From positions 23,706 to 87,705 of the forward strand of contig JAIOHV010000140.1 in assembly GCA_019912885.1 (NCBI GenBank): 64,000 nt of DNA. Reading direction: 5' to 3'. Every line of letters starts with the position of its first letter. Position 1 is the stretch's first letter. The stretch comes from a bacterium. GTDB taxonomy: Bacteria > Lernaellota > Lernaellaia > JACKCT01. Below are positions 26,069-34,495 of the stretch, in pieces. Under the pieces are notes generated by a model. The model worked only from the letters and a program-made list of their open reading frames with translations. It was not told the origin of the DNA and searched no databases. The translations under genes were made by a program, and so were the position numbers.

Positions 26069-27115
26069 TCAAATCAGCGGATTGAAGACGATAAAACTCA
26101 GCGCCCGTGTCACGTCGCGCGTCTGGCCGTCCTCGTGATGGAACGAGGTGTAGGTGACGCGGCCGGCGCCGAAAGGAAATTGCACGAGCAACGGGCCGTC
26201 GGTCACCGTCGCGATATCTTCAAAGCCGAAGACCTCGTAATCTCCGCGAACCAGCACCTGCGTTTCGTCGCCCGTGTCCGCGATCGAGACCCACGCCCCG
26301 AGATTGAATTCGATCTCCATGACGCCGGCGCCCAGGTATGCCGCGAGCGCGTCGCTTTCGACGACGCCCTCCGCGTAAGTGGAATAGCCGATGTGCGCGA
26401 AATCCGGAAACGCGATCGCGTCCGGCCACGCGTCGACGATGTAAGTAAACGCCCAGTCCGACACGTACAGCCCGCCGCCGGCCTTCACGTAGCCGCGCAA
26501 CGCCTCGATGATTTCGGGGTCGCCGACGATCGGATTGTTCGTGCAGTTGATGAACACGTAGTCGTACTGTTTGAGAAGGGCTTCGTCGCGCAGATCGCGC
26601 GGGCGGATGATGTCGAAATCCTGCCCCTCGCGGTATCCCATCCGGGCGAGCAAATCCTGAATCGCGTCGTAGTCGAAATCGCCGGTCTGGAAATTTTCCT
26701 TGGTGACGACGACGGCCATGTGGAAGTCGATCGGCCGTATCGGCACCTCGACGTAGTTTCCCCGCGAGACGCAGATCTTCACCGTCGCTTCGCCCGCGAA
26801 GCCGTTCTTTTCCGCACGAATACGCTGGTCACCGCCGGGAACTTTGTCGAAGTGGAAATCGCCTTGACCGTCGGAGACCGTTTGAAGGCTCTCGCCGATC
26901 ACGGTGACATCGGCGCCGTTGACGGGCGTCACGAAATCCGGAGCGACCACCCGCCCCGACAGTTCGGCGTCCCCGGGCGTGCAATCCTGTTCGTCGGCGC
27001 CGCCCGAGTTCGCGAACGGCGCGGTTTCCTCTCCTTCGCACGAGCACGACGGCGCGCCAATCGCCATCGCCGCGACGGCGATCGAAACGAAAAACGCGCG
27101 CAGTCTTCCCCGCAT
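26069..27115 (-). CDS. Lipoprotein with CarboxypepD_reg-like beta-sandwich and ThuA/class-I-GATase-like domain (tentative)
   Basis: Lipobox-like IGAPSC. GRVVAP...PVNGADVTVIG...SDGQGDFHFDKVPGG matches the Cna/CarboxypepD_reg pattern. YDYVFINC...GGGLYVSDWAF matches the ThuA-like pattern. Start moved to ATG 27115. Confidence 0.65.
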   Translation of the reverse strand: MRGRLRAFFVSIAVAAMAIGAPSCSCEGEETAPFANSGGADEQDCTPGDAELSGRVVAPDFVTPVNGADVTVIGESLQTVSDGQGDFHFDKVPGGDQRIRAEKNGFAGEATVKICVSRGNYVEVPIRPIDFHMAVVVTKENFQTGDFDYDAIQDLLARMGYREGQDFDIIRPRDLRDEALLKQYDYVFINCTNNPIVGDPEIIEALRGYVKAGGGLYVSDWAFTYIVDAWPDAIAFPDFAHIGYSTYAEGVVESDALAAYLGAGVMEIEFNLGAWVSIADTGDETQVLVRGDYEVFGFEDIATVTDGPLLVQFPFGAGRVTYTSFHHEDGQTRDVTRALSFIVFNPLI

Positions 27116-27172
27116 CGGATGACCCTTATTTCGATTTTCGACGAGCACGATTCTATCACGAATCGCGTGCGT

Positions 27173-28630
27173 TCAACGCCGATTCGCCTGGATCTGTTCG
27201 TAGATCGCGGCGGTCAGATCGCCGATGTTCGGGTTCGGGCAGAGCACCGTTTCGTAGGCGTACGGCGCGGTGGCGAACTGGTCCGGCGTCAGGATGTAGC
27301 CGAGCCAGTCCTGCCCAAGGCCGATCAGCATTTGCGCCTCGCCGCCCATCCCGGTCCGAAGGGGACCGCTGTAATTCGGGACGTATTCGCCGGGCAGCGT
27401 TCCGAAAACGACCGGCCCGACGTTGAAGGCGCTGATGCGCGCGTACGCCGTTCCGCCAAGCGGCGGGATGTCGCGGGCGATCAGGCCGAGCTTGCCGGCA
27501 AGCGCGAACACCGGGTTCACAAGCGTGCTTTCGAGCGTGACGTTCGCCAAAAAATCGATGGACGGATTTTCGATCGGCTCCGCGACGGCCAAGAGGGCGC
27601 CTACGTCGTCCGCGAGCGTTGCGCCGACCGTTTCCACCTCGTCCCATTCGTCGGCGTCAACCCACCGGGGATCGGGCTGGATCATCGCGCCGAGCAGGCC
27701 GTTGACGAAAACGTGCACGCCGCCGAAATCTTCCGCCATCTCCCGGCTATACACGCCGGGAAAGTCCGCGGAGACGAGCGTGTTTTCTTCGCCCATCACG
27801 GTCGGATGCGCGGCCCAGTTCATGACGGAGCCGAGCATCGCGCCACCTTCGTCGTACGCGAAAAGCGCGGTCATCGTGTCGTCGATCGTCTTGTCCGGAT
27901 CGTCGATGATGTTCTTGTGCAGCGCCGCCTCCTCGCCCGCCGCAAAGGCGAACGACGCCGGCACGCGCGCATCCCACGCCGCGGCGCCCGCCTCGACCGC
28001 GCCGGTGAGGATCGACTCGATCACCGCCGCCTGCCGGCCGGAGATCGGCGGGATGAGCACGCCCCAGATGCCGATGGTGTCCGGACCGTGATGCGTGTGC
28101 GTTGACGCCACGATGACGTTGTCCGGCGAAAGGCCGGTCGCCTCGGCGATATCCTCGGCGATGATGTCCACGTCGTTTTTCACAAGGCCGACAAGGTCGA
28201 GCACGACAAGGAGGACGGGGCCGCCGCCCGTGGGGTCATCGAAGGCAACGGCGCGCGCGTAGAGGGGATCGTGCACGCCGGTTGACCAGCGGCAGTTGTC
28301 CTCGGACAGGAAAAACGTGCCGTAGCCCGCCATCTTCACTGGCTCGACGGGCGTGATATCGACCTCGGCGAAACCGGCCTTGAAACGCGGATCGATATCG
28401 TCGTCGCCCGTGTCGTCGTCATTCGCATCGTCATCGTTCGCGTCATCGTCGATCGTGTCGTCGTCGATCGTGTCATCGTCCACGTCATCGTCGTTGGCGT
28501 CGTCGTCGGATGCGGAGTCGTCGTCGCCCGCGGTATCCGAATCGTCGTCGTCAGCCGATCCGCACGCGCAGCCCATGGAGAACGTTAAAGGAATCAATAG
28601 GGCGGATAGAACAGTGTAAAAAAGACTCAT
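27173..28630 (-). CDS. Neutral/alkaline-ceramidase-N-domain-like lipoprotein with poly-Asp tether
   Basis: Signal peptide + FSMGCAC. About 55 aa are Asp-rich. Then AEVDITP..VKMAGYG..GVHDPLYARAV..VASTHTHHGPD, typical of the ceramidase_alk N-terminal hydrolase family. Confidence 0.7.
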   Translation of the reverse strand: MSLFYTVLSALLIPLTFSMGCACGSADDDDSDTAGDDDSASDDDANDDDVDDDTIDDDTIDDDANDDDANDDDTGDDDIDPRFKAGFAEVDITPVEPVKMAGYGTFFLSEDNCRWSTGVHDPLYARAVAFDDPTGGGPVLLVVLDLVGLVKNDVDIIAEDIAEATGLSPDNVIVASTHTHHGPDTIGIWGVLIPPISGRQAAVIESILTGAVEAGAAAWDARVPASFAFAAGEEAALHKNIIDDPDKTIDDTMTALFAYDEGGAMLGSVMNWAAHPTVMGEENTLVSADFPGVYSREMAEDFGGVHVFVNGLLGAMIQPDPRWVDADEWDEVETVGATLADDVGALLAVAEPIENPSIDFLANVTLESTLVNPVFALAGKLGLIARDIPPLGGTAYARISAFNVGPVVFGTLPGEYVPNYSGPLRTGMGGEAQMLIGLGQDWLGYILTPDQFATAPYAYETVLCPNPNIGDLTAAIYEQIQANRR

Positions 28631-28640
28631 TTTCGCGAAG

Positions 28641-28853
28641 TCAATATCCAGATGATTCCGAAAATGCCAACGCGGCCTGGATATCGTCGATCGTGAGTTG
28701 GGGATAGTGGCCGACGATTTCCTCGTTCACCATGCCGTCTGCGAGTCCGTCGAGGATTACGGCGATCTCAATGCGCGTATCCCGAACGCATGGCTTTCCG
28801 CCGCATACGCCGGGATTGACGGTAATCCGATTGAACATCTCTTCGCGTGTCAT
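28641..28853 (-). CDS. DUF433-family small protein (antitoxin-like)
   Basis: ITVNPGVCGGKPCVRDTRIEIAVILDGLADGMVNEEIVGHYPQLTIDDIQAAL matches the DUF433 pattern. ATG 28853 preferred over 28886. Confidence 0.7.
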   Translation of the reverse strand: MTREEMFNRITVNPGVCGGKPCVRDTRIEIAVILDGLADGMVNEEIVGHYPQLTIDDIQAALAFSESSGY

Positions 28854-28896
28854 CGTAGGACTCCCACGACAATTGTCCGTCCGCAAGGGCGTGGCG

Positions 28897-29853
28897 TCAA
28901 TCGACGTACAAAAGCACCACGACTACCGCGAACCAGAGCGCGATGTTGGCAAGCAGCGGGCGATCGGAGACGAGCACCTTGCTGGGGCTGCCGCCTTCTT
29001 CCCTTTGGTGCACGAGGTAGAGGTAGCGGAAGATGCCGTAGATCACGAACGGGATCGTGAAGGGCAGTTTGTCGGTTCCGAGCTTGGCGACCGTGACGGG
29101 ATCGAGCGTATAGAGCGCGTAAGCGATGACCGTGCTCGCCGTGACGACGGCGATCATCTGGTCCAGGTAATAGGGCGAGTATTCCTGCAGGATGCGCCGG
29201 TGCTCGCCCGCGCCCCCGGAGAGCAGGACCAGCTCGTGCCGGCGCTTGCCGAAGCCGAGAAACAGCGCGAGCAGCGTCGTGCAGATGACGATCCACATGC
29301 CGATCGGCACGTCGAGGATCGCCGCGCCGGCGAGCACGCGCAAAACGAATCCCGCGGCGATGCACCCGACGTCCAGAATCACGACGTGTTTCAGGTGCAG
29401 CGTGTACGCGATCTGCAAGGCGAGATACGCAAGCGCGATGGCGAACACGTCGAGCCCGGCGGTCAGCGTGATGAGGTTTAGCGCGAGCATCCCGGCAAGC
29501 CCCGCCGCCGCCAGAAAAATCATCGCACGATGCGCGAGCGCGATGGGCACCTGCCCCGAGGCGATCGGCCGGAACCGCTTGTTCGGATGGCGGCGGTCCT
29601 GCTCCACGTCGCGGATGTCGTTGAAAAAATATACCGAGGACGACAGCAGGCAGAACGCGGCGAACCCCCCGGCCACGGCGGCGACGCTGCGCGTATCCGT
29701 GAGCCGGCCGGCAAACACGAGCGCCGGGAAGAGCATGAAATTCTTGATCCACTGCCCCGGCCGTCCCGCGCGCAAAAGCGCGACGCCAAGCGCCAGGCCG
29801 CGCGCCCTCCCCCCCGCCGGAGGCGGGTTCATGATGTCGGCGGTATCGTCCAT
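28897..29853 (-). CDS. UbiA-family prenyl-phosphate phosphoribosyltransferase (decaprenyl-phosphate phosphoribosyltransferase-like)
   Basis: RPGQWIKNFMLFPALVFAG, FFNDIRDVEQDRRHPNKRFRPIASG, multiple TM helices. Confidence 0.8.
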   Translation of the reverse strand: MDDTADIMNPPPAGGRARGLALGVALLRAGRPGQWIKNFMLFPALVFAGRLTDTRSVAAVAGGFAAFCLLSSSVYFFNDIRDVEQDRRHPNKRFRPIASGQVPIALAHRAMIFLAAAGLAGMLALNLITLTAGLDVFAIALAYLALQIAYTLHLKHVVILDVGCIAAGFVLRVLAGAAILDVPIGMWIVICTTLLALFLGFGKRRHELVLLSGGAGEHRRILQEYSPYYLDQMIAVVTASTVIAYALYTLDPVTVAKLGTDKLPFTIPFVIYGIFRYLYLVHQREEGGSPSKVLVSDRPLLANIALWFAVVVVLLYVD

Positions 29854-30098
29854 CGGCGCGGATGCTAACGGCGCATGAGGAATTAGGAAATAGGAATTAG
29901 GAACCAGGAAAGAGGAAAGAGACGGCGAGCACGTTCGTGTCGCGCGGAAATGCGCGGTTTGCGTCGATGGCGCGCGTTCATCCGTCCACGGCGTCCATCA
30001 AGTCCGTTGTGTCCATTTCCCATTTGGGAACTGGAAGACGAAAAGTGAGCGGCGCGGCGACGCATTGACCTGTTAGACGCGCGTGGCAAGATGCGCAC

Positions 30099-30446
30099 AT
30101 GATTTCCGAGACGTGGAAAGGCCGGCTCCAGATCGCGGGCGCGATCGCGCTATCGATCCTTTTTGGCGCCGTCGTCGTGACGTGCGCGGTATCCGAGAAC
30201 CCCACGGCGACGCTCGCGCATCTTTTTTCGCCGACGCCCGCGCCGACGCCCCTGCCCGCACGTCCGATCGGCGGCGTGACACGCATGCCGTCGGTCGGCG
30301 AGCCCCCGGTTTCCATGCCTTCGGACGAGCAACGGGCCGAGTGGGATTCGCTGCCCGTCGGACGGGACGCCGCGCCCGCGCCCATCGAATCGGCCTGGGC
30401 GCCCGGAAGCGCCTCCGCCGCCGCGGCCGACGACGGCACGTCGTAA
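30099..30446 (+). CDS. Hypothetical membrane-anchored Pro/Ala-rich protein
   Basis: 115-aa ORF with one N-terminal TM helix (IAGAIALSILFGAVVVT). No other support. Confidence 0.4.
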   Translation: MISETWKGRLQIAGAIALSILFGAVVVTCAVSENPTATLAHLFSPTPAPTPLPARPIGGVTRMPSVGEPPVSMPSDEQRAEWDSLPVGRDAAPAPIESAWAPGSASAAAADDGTS

Positions 30447-30486
30447 ATTCGGCGCGCGATTTTTTCGCCGTCGATCGGGAGTACAC

Positions 30487-30918
30487 GTGAGTCCGGAATT
30501 TTCGGCCGAAACCATCTCGCCGGATCCGATCGAGCCGGGTCGATCCCCGCAAACGGCGACCGCGCCGAAAAGGCCGCGCATCGCGATCCTCATCGCGTTT
30601 TTCATTCTCATCGGCGCCGCCGTCCCGTTATTTTCGTTGGTCGGTCCGGAATGCCACAGTGAGCGCCTGCTCAAAACCGGCACACCGGCCCAGGGAACAA
30701 TTTTATCCATCGACGACACCGGCAACCGCTTCAACGATCAACCGCAGGTGCGCATTCGCCTGACCGTCGAACCACCCGGCGGCGCGCCGTACGAGACGTC
30801 GGTGAAGATGATCATCTCCCCCGTGCACCTGCCGCAATTTCAGCCCGGCAAACGCGTGAAATTGCGCTTCGATCCCGGCGACCCGAGGGATGTAGCTATC
30901 GAAGCGGTCATGGAATAG
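30487..30918 (+). CDS. Hypothetical membrane protein with C-terminal beta-rich domain
   Basis: 143 aa, GTG start, one TM helix (IAILIAFFILIGAAVPLF), then LKTGTPAQGTILSIDDTGNR... Confidence 0.5.
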   Translation: MSPEFSAETISPDPIEPGRSPQTATAPKRPRIAILIAFFILIGAAVPLFSLVGPECHSERLLKTGTPAQGTILSIDDTGNRFNDQPQVRIRLTVEPPGGAPYETSVKMIISPVHLPQFQPGKRVKLRFDPGDPRDVAIEAVME

Positions 30919-30974
30919 GTGCGCGTCGCACGGATGACCTGTCACCGGATGCCGGATCCCGGTAGCCTTCCGTC

Positions 30975-31898
30975 ATGACCTGGCGCAAATGCCCCAACTG
31001 CGGCGCGCCCGCCTCGCGCGGGGCGACCCGGTGCCTCTACTGCGGCTCGGAATGGTGGGGGCCCATCGAAGGCGACGGCGACGAACCCGAATTTTCGGGC
31101 GATCGCGAACGGGCGCCTACCGGCGGCGCCGCACCCGCCATCGTGCCGATGGGCGCGAACGCCACACGCGCGGGCTTTTTTCGCACCTTCCTGTTCGTCG
31201 TCCTTGTTCCGTGCTGCCCGCCGGTCGCGCTTTTGTGGCTGTGGCTGGCGATGCCGTGGAGACGTGGGCGCAAGGCGCTTTTCACGGGGATCATTCTTGC
31301 GCTCATCGCCTGGGCTGCTTACGAGATCGACGACGCGACCGTTCGCGTGGATGGCCCGAAGTTTTCGACCAGCGCGCCCGACCTCGCCGGCCGCGCGCAC
31401 GAGACGATCGGCGTGGATGATGTCTTCCGCCTGATGCGCGACGAGGCGCTCCCGCGCGAAACGCGAAAGGAGCGATTCCTTGCCCAGTACGCCGGGCGGT
31501 GGGTGCGTTGGAGCGGAACGGTCGATGAAGTCAGCACCTACACCACGATGGCCTCGGAGGTACGCGTCGACCCATTCGGCGTTCCGCCGCCGGCCCCCAA
31601 ACGGCTCGTGCGCGCGTTCATGGATCCGGCCGCCAACGCGATGATCAACGATCTCACCGAAGGCGCTCCGGTCACCGTCAGCGGCCGGCTTTTCGGTTAC
31701 GACTTCTTTTTGCACCGCGTTGAAATCGCCGACGCGATTCCGGTCAACGGCGCCCCCGCGTCGGGCGAACCGTTGCCTGGATTTGACCTGCCCGATAATG
31801 GCCCGAACGACGATGCCGTATCTCCGGATTTGGCCCAAACCGCGGACGCCGAGCCATCCCCCAAAACCGGCGACAATCCTCCCGCGGCGTCGAAATAG
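30975..31898 (+). CDS. Zinc-ribbon membrane protein, function unknown
   Basis: N-terminal CPNCG...CLYCG zinc ribbon, two hydrophobic helices, ~180-aa C-terminal soluble domain. Confidence 0.6.
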   Translation: MTWRKCPNCGAPASRGATRCLYCGSEWWGPIEGDGDEPEFSGDRERAPTGGAAPAIVPMGANATRAGFFRTFLFVVLVPCCPPVALLWLWLAMPWRRGRKALFTGIILALIAWAAYEIDDATVRVDGPKFSTSAPDLAGRAHETIGVDDVFRLMRDEALPRETRKERFLAQYAGRWVRWSGTVDEVSTYTTMASEVRVDPFGVPPPAPKRLVRAFMDPAANAMINDLTEGAPVTVSGRLFGYDFFLHRVEIADAIPVNGAPASGEPLPGFDLPDNGPNDDAVSPDLAQTADAEPSPKTGDNPPAASK

Positions 31899-32006
31899 CG
31901 GGCGCAGGATTGGTCGGCGACGGGCTCAAACCGTTGATTTTGCGCTGGAATTGTCGCTTATTTAACCTCCTCTGTTTCTGGCGTTTCTGTTTTCCGTCAC
32001 ACAAAT

Positions 32007-32036
32007 GGGACAGAAAATTCACTTATTCGCTATAAT
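32007..32036 (+). promoter_or_regulatory. Possible sigma70-type promoter in an AT-rich intergenic island
   Basis: gggaca (4/6 to TTGACA), 18-nt spacer, tataat (32031-32036, perfect -10). Sits in the only AT-rich stretch of the 31899-32365 gap. Confidence 0.3.
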
Positions 32037-32175
32037 TACTATTGTTTCTATTGTTTGCTCATGGTAGTTATTCGCCCGTCAAGATCTCATAGCAACGCAG
32101 AAAACAATGAAATCTTTTTCGGGGCGCGCATGCAGCGTTTTTTCGCCGCGCTTCGGACTCGAGGGGGAATCGGAA

Positions 32176-32259
32176 ATGAAATTGGAGCTTTTTTTCAATG
32201 GCTCGGTCGCGGCCGTGCTTCTCGTGACGTGGATCTATCTGAAGGCGCGCTGGTTTTAA
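32176..32259 (+). CDS. Possible 27-aa hydrophobic small protein (MKLELFFNGSVAAVLLVTWIYLKARWF); alternative in-frame start at 32107
   Basis: GAGGGGG 8 nt upstream of ATG 32176. Single TM-like helix with a basic/aromatic C-terminus. Below the ORF-track size cut-off and not otherwise supported. Confidence 0.25.
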   Translation: MKLELFFNGSVAAVLLVTWIYLKARWF

Positions 32260-32365
32260 TTTCGCATCCGGGAAGTTGAAGGCGCGTCACGCAAGGATTG
32301 TCGAGACGGCGGCCTGACGGTTTCGCGCCCTTCGCGCGCGCGACGGTCTCCATTACAATCGGCGG

Positions 32366-33775
32366 ATGATCGAACGAGCGCGCGAGCCGGGCAAGGCAAG
32401 CGGCCGGCGGATTTTCGCCCCGCTGGTGGCGGCGTTTGTGCTGCTCGCCGCGGGCCGCTCGGTCGCGCGCGTCATCCTGTTTGACTCGTTCGACCGCGGT
32501 CTCGAGGACCGGTGGACGATCGTCGATCACGCGACGGGCGGATCGACCTTCATGACCGGTGACGCGGTGCTCGAGGCCATCGGCGCGGGCTGGGCGAATC
32601 TCGATGCGCCGTTTTGTTCCGCCGCGACGTATCACACGCCCGGATTCGCGACGGACACCGAGCTCGTCTCCCCGCCGCTCGATCTCACGGGATTCGAGAA
32701 CATCGCGTTGACGCTCGGCGCGAGTTTTCAAAAGGGAGGGGGAGCGAGCGCGTCGATTCGACTGGCGGCCAGCGCGGGCGACCTGCTTGCCATGACGTTG
32801 ACCGACGACACCTCGGACACCGTGCTCGATCTTGGCGAATCGACCCCCGTCGGCCCGGCCGACGCGCGCGTTCGCCTTCGCTTCGCTTCACCCGCGGACG
32901 CGGGCGCGTATTTCGCCGCGGACGACATTCTCGTCGAGGGGTTTTGTTTTTTGCCCCAGTCGCACGATTTCGTTCACGACGATGGCGAGTGGAACAACGC
33001 CCACGCGTGGAGCGTCGAAGGCCGCGAGTTCGTGAACTGCTTTGTTCCCGATCGGTACCCCGCCTATCTCATGCGCATCGAGGCGTTTCACCACACCTTC
33101 GGTCCGAACACGGAGGAGTATCGCTGGGTGGTTTACGAGAATCCGGACGGCACGGGTCCGCCCGAAGGCGAACCGATTTTTGAATCCGATCCCGACATGT
33201 TCGGATCCACGGGTTGGTCCGAGGCGCTTCTCGGGGTCGAAGGGCTTTCACCTCCGATCGTGTCGGGCGGCTGGTGCGTCGGCGTGCGTCAGGTTGACGC
33301 GGCGCCGGCGGAATTCGACCAACGCATTTACATTGGCGAGGACGCCTCGACGCCCGGCGACGGCGTCAGCTACGGCGGATCCGCGACGGACGGCTGGGGT
33401 CACTACACGGGCACGGGCACGCTGATGATTCGCGCTCGGGCCGAGGCGTGCTCGACCGCGACGTCGACGACCGCCCCGCCGACCACGACAACCACGCCGC
33501 CCACGACGACCACAACCGGCGCGACAACGACAAGCTCCAGCGCGGGCACGACGACCACGACCGCGCCCTCGACGACGACGAGCGTACCCGCCACGACCAC
33601 CACCACGGCGCCCCCCGGCACGGATGACGACGCTGAGAACGATGACGACGCAGAGAATGATGACGATGCGGAGAACGATGACGATGCGACCGGCGGCGAT
33701 ACCGACGAGGACGACGATCCGGGCGGGCCTACGTCCGCGGGTGACGGGGACGACTCGACGTGCTGCGGGTGCTAG
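32366..33775 (+). CDS. Secreted protein: MAM/choice-of-anchor-J-like N-domain, poly-Thr and poly-Asp linkers, C-terminal CCGC
   Basis: Signal/anchor helix, ILFDSFDRGLEDRWTIVD, LDLTGFENIALT. Paralogous to 34496..36001. Ends ...GDGDDSTCCGC*. Confidence 0.75.
   Translation: MIERAREPGKASGRRIFAPLVAAFVLLAAGRSVARVILFDSFDRGLEDRWTIVDHATGGSTFMTGDAVLEAIGAGWANLDAPFCSAATYHTPGFATDTELVSPPLDLTGFENIALTLGASFQKGGGASASIRLAASAGDLLAMTLTDDTSDTVLDLGESTPVGPADARVRLRFASPADAGAYFAADDILVEGFCFLPQSHDFVHDDGEWNNAHAWSVEGREFVNCFVPDRYPAYLMRIEAFHHTFGPNTEEYRWVVYENPDGTGPPEGEPIFESDPDMFGSTGWSEALLGVEGLSPPIVSGGWCVGVRQVDAAPAEFDQRIYIGEDASTPGDGVSYGGSATDGWGHYTGTGTLMIRARAEACSTATSTTAPPTTTTTPPTTTTTGATTTSSSAGTTTTTAPSTTTSVPATTTTTAPPGTDDDAENDDDAENDDDAENDDDATGGDTDEDDDPGGPTSAGDGDDSTCCGC
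33623..33688 (+). repeat. In-frame 18-nt tandem repeat (DDDAEN x3.7)
   Basis: gatgacgacgc(t/a)gagaa(c/t) units at 33623, 33641, 33659 and 33677. Confidence 0.85.
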
Positions 33776-33881
33776 AGCCGCGTCCGGCGCGGGCGCGCCG
33801 CCCGCTTGCTCTTGGTGTCTATCGTTTCTAGAATCCGGTTACGCGTCCGATTAATTGAATTTCTTGAAGGAGACTCAAACG

Positions 33882-34439
33882 ATGATGTTTCGAACGTTGT
33901 GCGTTTTGTCGCTTTTTTTGCTTGCCGTCACGTCGTTCGTCCATGCCGAGGAGGAGCCCGCGGCGCCCGCAATGCCGACGCCCGCGCCCGAACTTGAGAA
34001 CGTCGCCTTCTTCGAGGGCGACTGGTCCTGTGACAATCGGCAGGAAGCGCACGAGATGACCGGGCCGGCGCACGATTTCAAAGCGGCGTTGAACGTGAAG
34101 AAAGGCGTCCGCGATTTCTGGTACGCATTGAGTTGGAAAGAGGAAGCCAGCGACGTGCATCCGCCGTTCGAGGCCTCGGGGCACATTGGTTACGATGCCC
34201 TGGCGAAGAAGTACGTTCTCGTCGGCGTCGATAGTTGGGGCATGGTGGCGCGGTTTGAGTCGGACGGTTGGGCGGACGACCGGTTCACGTTCACAGCCGA
34301 CATCCCGATGGAGCCCGGCAAGCTGACGCCCGTCCGGTGGACGTGGGAGAAGAAGGAAGGCGGTGAGCTTGTCAGCACGTGGAACATGAAACAGGGTGAC
34401 GAGTGGAAGGCGTTCTCCCGCTCGGTGTGCAAGAAATAG
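33882..34439 (+). CDS. Secreted protein, DUF1579-like (tentative)
   Basis: Signal peptide MMFRTLCVLSLFLLAVTSFVHA, FFEGDWSC, ~160-aa mature beta-rich domain. AAGGAG 9 nt upstream of ATG 33882. Confidence 0.55.
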   Translation: MMFRTLCVLSLFLLAVTSFVHAEEEPAAPAMPTPAPELENVAFFEGDWSCDNRQEAHEMTGPAHDFKAALNVKKGVRDFWYALSWKEEASDVHPPFEASGHIGYDALAKKYVLVGVDSWGMVARFESDGWADDRFTFTADIPMEPGKLTPVRWTWEKKEGGELVSTWNMKQGDEWKAFSRSVCKK

Positions 34440-34495
34440 GCGAGAAATCGCGGCGGCGCCCCGGATCGGCGCATTGTTTCGAAAGGGGAGGGTTC

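Noticed and set aside
26024-28105. 693-aa + strand ORF spanning two lipoprotein genes
   Set aside because: It lies antisense to two minus-strand genes that have signal peptides and recognisable domain motifs. Its own translation is Arg/Ala/Gly/Asp-rich with no motifs. This is a typical long shadow ORF of high-GC DNA.
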